Source: a virus
DNA length: 64,000 nt
Reading direction: 5' to 3' (one strand)
Virus record (IMG/VR): IMGVR_UViG_3300010149_000010
Shown here piece after piece: positions 61,988-64,000 of the stretch. Position 1 is the first letter of the stretch; every line of letters starts with the position of its first letter. The translations under genes and the position numbers were made by a program. The notes below the pieces were generated by a model that was given only the letters and a program-made list of their open reading frames with translations, searched no databases and was not told where the DNA came from.

Positions 61988-63000
61988 TGACTTGGTCTTT
62001 TATTAAACATATTTCAAAATACCTTGAACGCCCAAAACTTGATGAACAAAAAGCACCTACGCTTTGGCCTTCTTCAGCTACTTCAATTATTGAAGGACAG
62101 GTTATTGGAAAGTGTAAAAGGCAATCTTATTTCAGGTTCGCTACAGATAGCTATTACTTTGACAAGAAGTATGAACATCTTGAACCTTTAATAAATGTCC
62201 TTCATGAAAACAAGCTTGCTCCAAGTAAATATTTGCGCTGGATTTGGATACAAGGCCAGCTTTATGAAGATTATTGCGTAAACATGGCAAAAGAGTCCGG
62301 CGTCTTTATTGCTGGTCAAACTAGTGTTTACATTCCTCAATATAATGTTTCTGGTAAAATTGATCTAATTGTAATCAATCCAGAAACCACCAAAATGCAT
62401 ATTGTAGAAGTCAAATCCGTTTATGGGTTCAATGCTAATACTGTACTCGGTACAGAGTCTCAATATAAGAAAAATCTCATTGGCACTCCTAGAGATTCTC
62501 ACTTGATGCAATTAGGTATATATCAGTGGTGGTACGCTAATAATAATGAAGAATTTGGTGAAGGCCTGCTTACTTACGGGGCTAGAGATACAGGCAGGTA
62601 TGCAGAATATTTGGTCACTGTAGAACAAGAAGAGGATGGTCTAGACTACATTTATTATCAAGGTCACACTCCAATCCTTGGTGAGAAGATTAATTCAGGC
62701 ATTACTATCCAAAGTATACTCGAGGCTTACAAGCTAGTCTCAGATTCTGTTGGTTCTGAAACAATATCTATACCTCCTCCTGATTATGAATTGAATTATT
62801 CAGAAGAAAAGATCACTGACCTTTATGACAAAGGTCTCCTAAGCAAGACAGATACAACCCAGTACGAGAAGCGTAAAAAGCAACTAGAGGAGGGCAAAAA
62901 ACGTATCGTCAAAGCTGTCGAAAAAGGTGATTGGCAGTGTCGTTTCTGCGACTATAAGAATGTTTGCACCGACAAGGAAATGTTAAAAGACTTCTTATGA
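61987..63000 (+). CDS. Cas4/AddB-like PD-(D/E)xK exonuclease with Fe-S cysteines
   Basis: N-terminal C.R; SGKIDL, VEVKS, QLGIY; C-terminal C.FC.Y..VC. Confidence 0.75.
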   Translation: MTWSFIKHISKYLERPKLDEQKAPTLWPSSATSIIEGQVIGKCKRQSYFRFATDSYYFDKKYEHLEPLINVLHENKLAPSKYLRWIWIQGQLYEDYCVNMAKESGVFIAGQTSVYIPQYNVSGKIDLIVINPETTKMHIVEVKSVYGFNANTVLGTESQYKKNLIGTPRDSHLMQLGIYQWWYANNNEEFGEGLLTYGARDTGRYAEYLVTVEQEEDGLDYIYYQGHTPILGEKINSGITIQSILEAYKLVSDSVGSETISIPPPDYELNYSEEKITDLYDKGLLSKTDTTQYEKRKKQLEEGKKRIVKAVEKGDWQCRFCDYKNVCTDKEMLKDFL

Positions 63001-64000
63001 AATCAAAAGACCATCTTTTACATAACGATTCAGTTCTTAACGGTGAAGTCAAGATTTCAACTGATGATGTTTTACTCCAACCGCGTGCTGGGGTATTAAA
63101 AAGCAGGTCAGATGCAGATATAGATTTTACTTATATTTATAGCAGCCCAATGGACACCGTCACTGGTCTTGAGTTTGCTAAAACGTTTTTAGAATTAAAC
63201 CAGGCACCTGTTTTCTGCAGGTACCTTGACGAAAAGCACCTTGTCACTTCTTTAGAGCTTTACAGTTCCTCTGAAAATTATTGGTTTTCAGTAGGTGCTA
63301 GCATCACATATTTTTCATTTTTAAATGATTGGATAAAAATTAATAAACCTAATGCTTCTATAAATATTTCCGTTGATGTTGCTCATGGAGACATGGTTGA
63401 GCTTTATAAAGTTTATAATAAGTATTCAAACGTTTCTTGGTGCAATAACTTAATGTCAGGAACTGTAGCTACTTATAAGTCAGCTTACAATGTTTATAGA
63501 GCAGGCTGCTCTCATATAAGAGTCGGCATGGGCCCCGGCTCAGCTTCTACAACTAGAACAGTTACTGGTTGCGGCGTTCCAAATCTTTCTGCTGTCTATG
63601 AGACTTGGTTTGGATTTTATACTCAAGGTATAAAAGATAACGTTACCATAATCGCAGACGGTGGAATAAGAAATACTGGAGACGCAGTAAAGTATCTTTC
63701 CGCAGGTGCGGATGCAATCATGCTCGGAAATTTACTTAGTAAAACTGTTGAAAGCCATGGGTGGAAAGAATCAAAACTTTTAAAGTTTTTCAATAAAATT
63801 TCTTTTGGTACGCTCTTTAAAAATCAATACAGATATAAAAATTACAGAGGTAAGGCTTCTGAATCTTTTCAACAAGAGTTTTTTTATAAAAAAACCATCA
63901 CCCATATTGAAGGGGAGCAAGGTGTTAAACAATACCCTGAAACTACTTTGAATCAGTTTGTCACTAATTTCAACAACTCTATTGCATCTTCTTTATCATA
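62997..64000 (+). CDS. IMP dehydrogenase/GMP reductase family protein, 3'-truncated by the window edge and absent from the ORF track
   Basis: Open frame from ATG 62997: DDVLLQP, SSPMDTVT, VDVAHG, RVGMGPGSASTTR..TG.GVP, IADGGI...GD..K...AGAD..MLG, YRG.AS, EG. Confidence 0.88.
   Translation, partial: MKSKDHLLHNDSVLNGEVKISTDDVLLQPRAGVLKSRSDADIDFTYIYSSPMDTVTGLEFAKTFLELNQAPVFCRYLDEKHLVTSLELYSSSENYWFSVGASITYFSFLNDWIKINKPNASINISVDVAHGDMVELYKVYNKYSNVSWCNNLMSGTVATYKSAYNVYRAGCSHIRVGMGPGSASTTRTVTGCGVPNLSAVYETWFGFYTQGIKDNVTIIADGGIRNTGDAVKYLSAGADAIMLGNLLSKTVESHGWKESKLLKFFNKISFGTLFKNQYRYKNYRGKASESFQQEFFYKKTITHIEGEQGVKQYPETTLNQFVTNFNNSIASSLS

Noticed and set aside
61987-63000. CRISPR-Cas locus from the Cas4-like gene
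   Set aside because: No array or other cas genes; stand-alone Cas4-like nucleases are common in phages.
1-64000. Stop-codon reassignment
   Set aside because: Conserved genes are full length in the standard code, and TAA, TGA and TAG all occur as stops; no suppressor tRNA was seen.

Overview
This window looks like part of a large (jumbo-type) dsDNA bacteriophage genome, read with the standard genetic code. Almost every gene is on the + strand. From left to right: (1) a visibly more GC-rich segment holding the 3' part of a large ORF that runs off the left edge and carries a DxDGD motif (GDNDGD, nt 39-56) plus other hallmarks of single-chain two-barrel (YonO/cellular RdRP-like) RNA polymerases; (2) a roughly 2 kb non-coding island full of hairpins, with one well-formed hammerhead ribozyme, one variant hammerhead and three tRNA-like folds; (3) many small early-type ORFs, three tRNAs (Ile2-CAT, Lys-TTT, Arg-TCT), AlkB, a class III nucleotide cyclase, SLT, ThyX, SSB and an amidase; (4) the best candidate for a new system, a phage-encoded ubiquitin-like conjugation cluster with a giant E2-like protein, a JAB protease, an E1/ThiF enzyme and three Ubl units that all end in VKG followed by N plus an extension, two of them fused as a di-Ubl precursor; (5) a nucleotide metabolism and replication block (PhoH, a Whirly-like protein, SpoVG, NrdAB, MazG-like, dCMP deaminase, RecA) with DnaE split over three genes, the last two joined by a cyanobacterial-type split intein, and with an R-M-like gene and tail-fibre genes lying between the pieces; (6) a metallophosphoesterase, a Cas4-like nuclease and a truncated GuaB/GuaC-like gene that has Ser at the catalytic Cys position. 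All assignments come from reading motifs by eye; no database searches were run.
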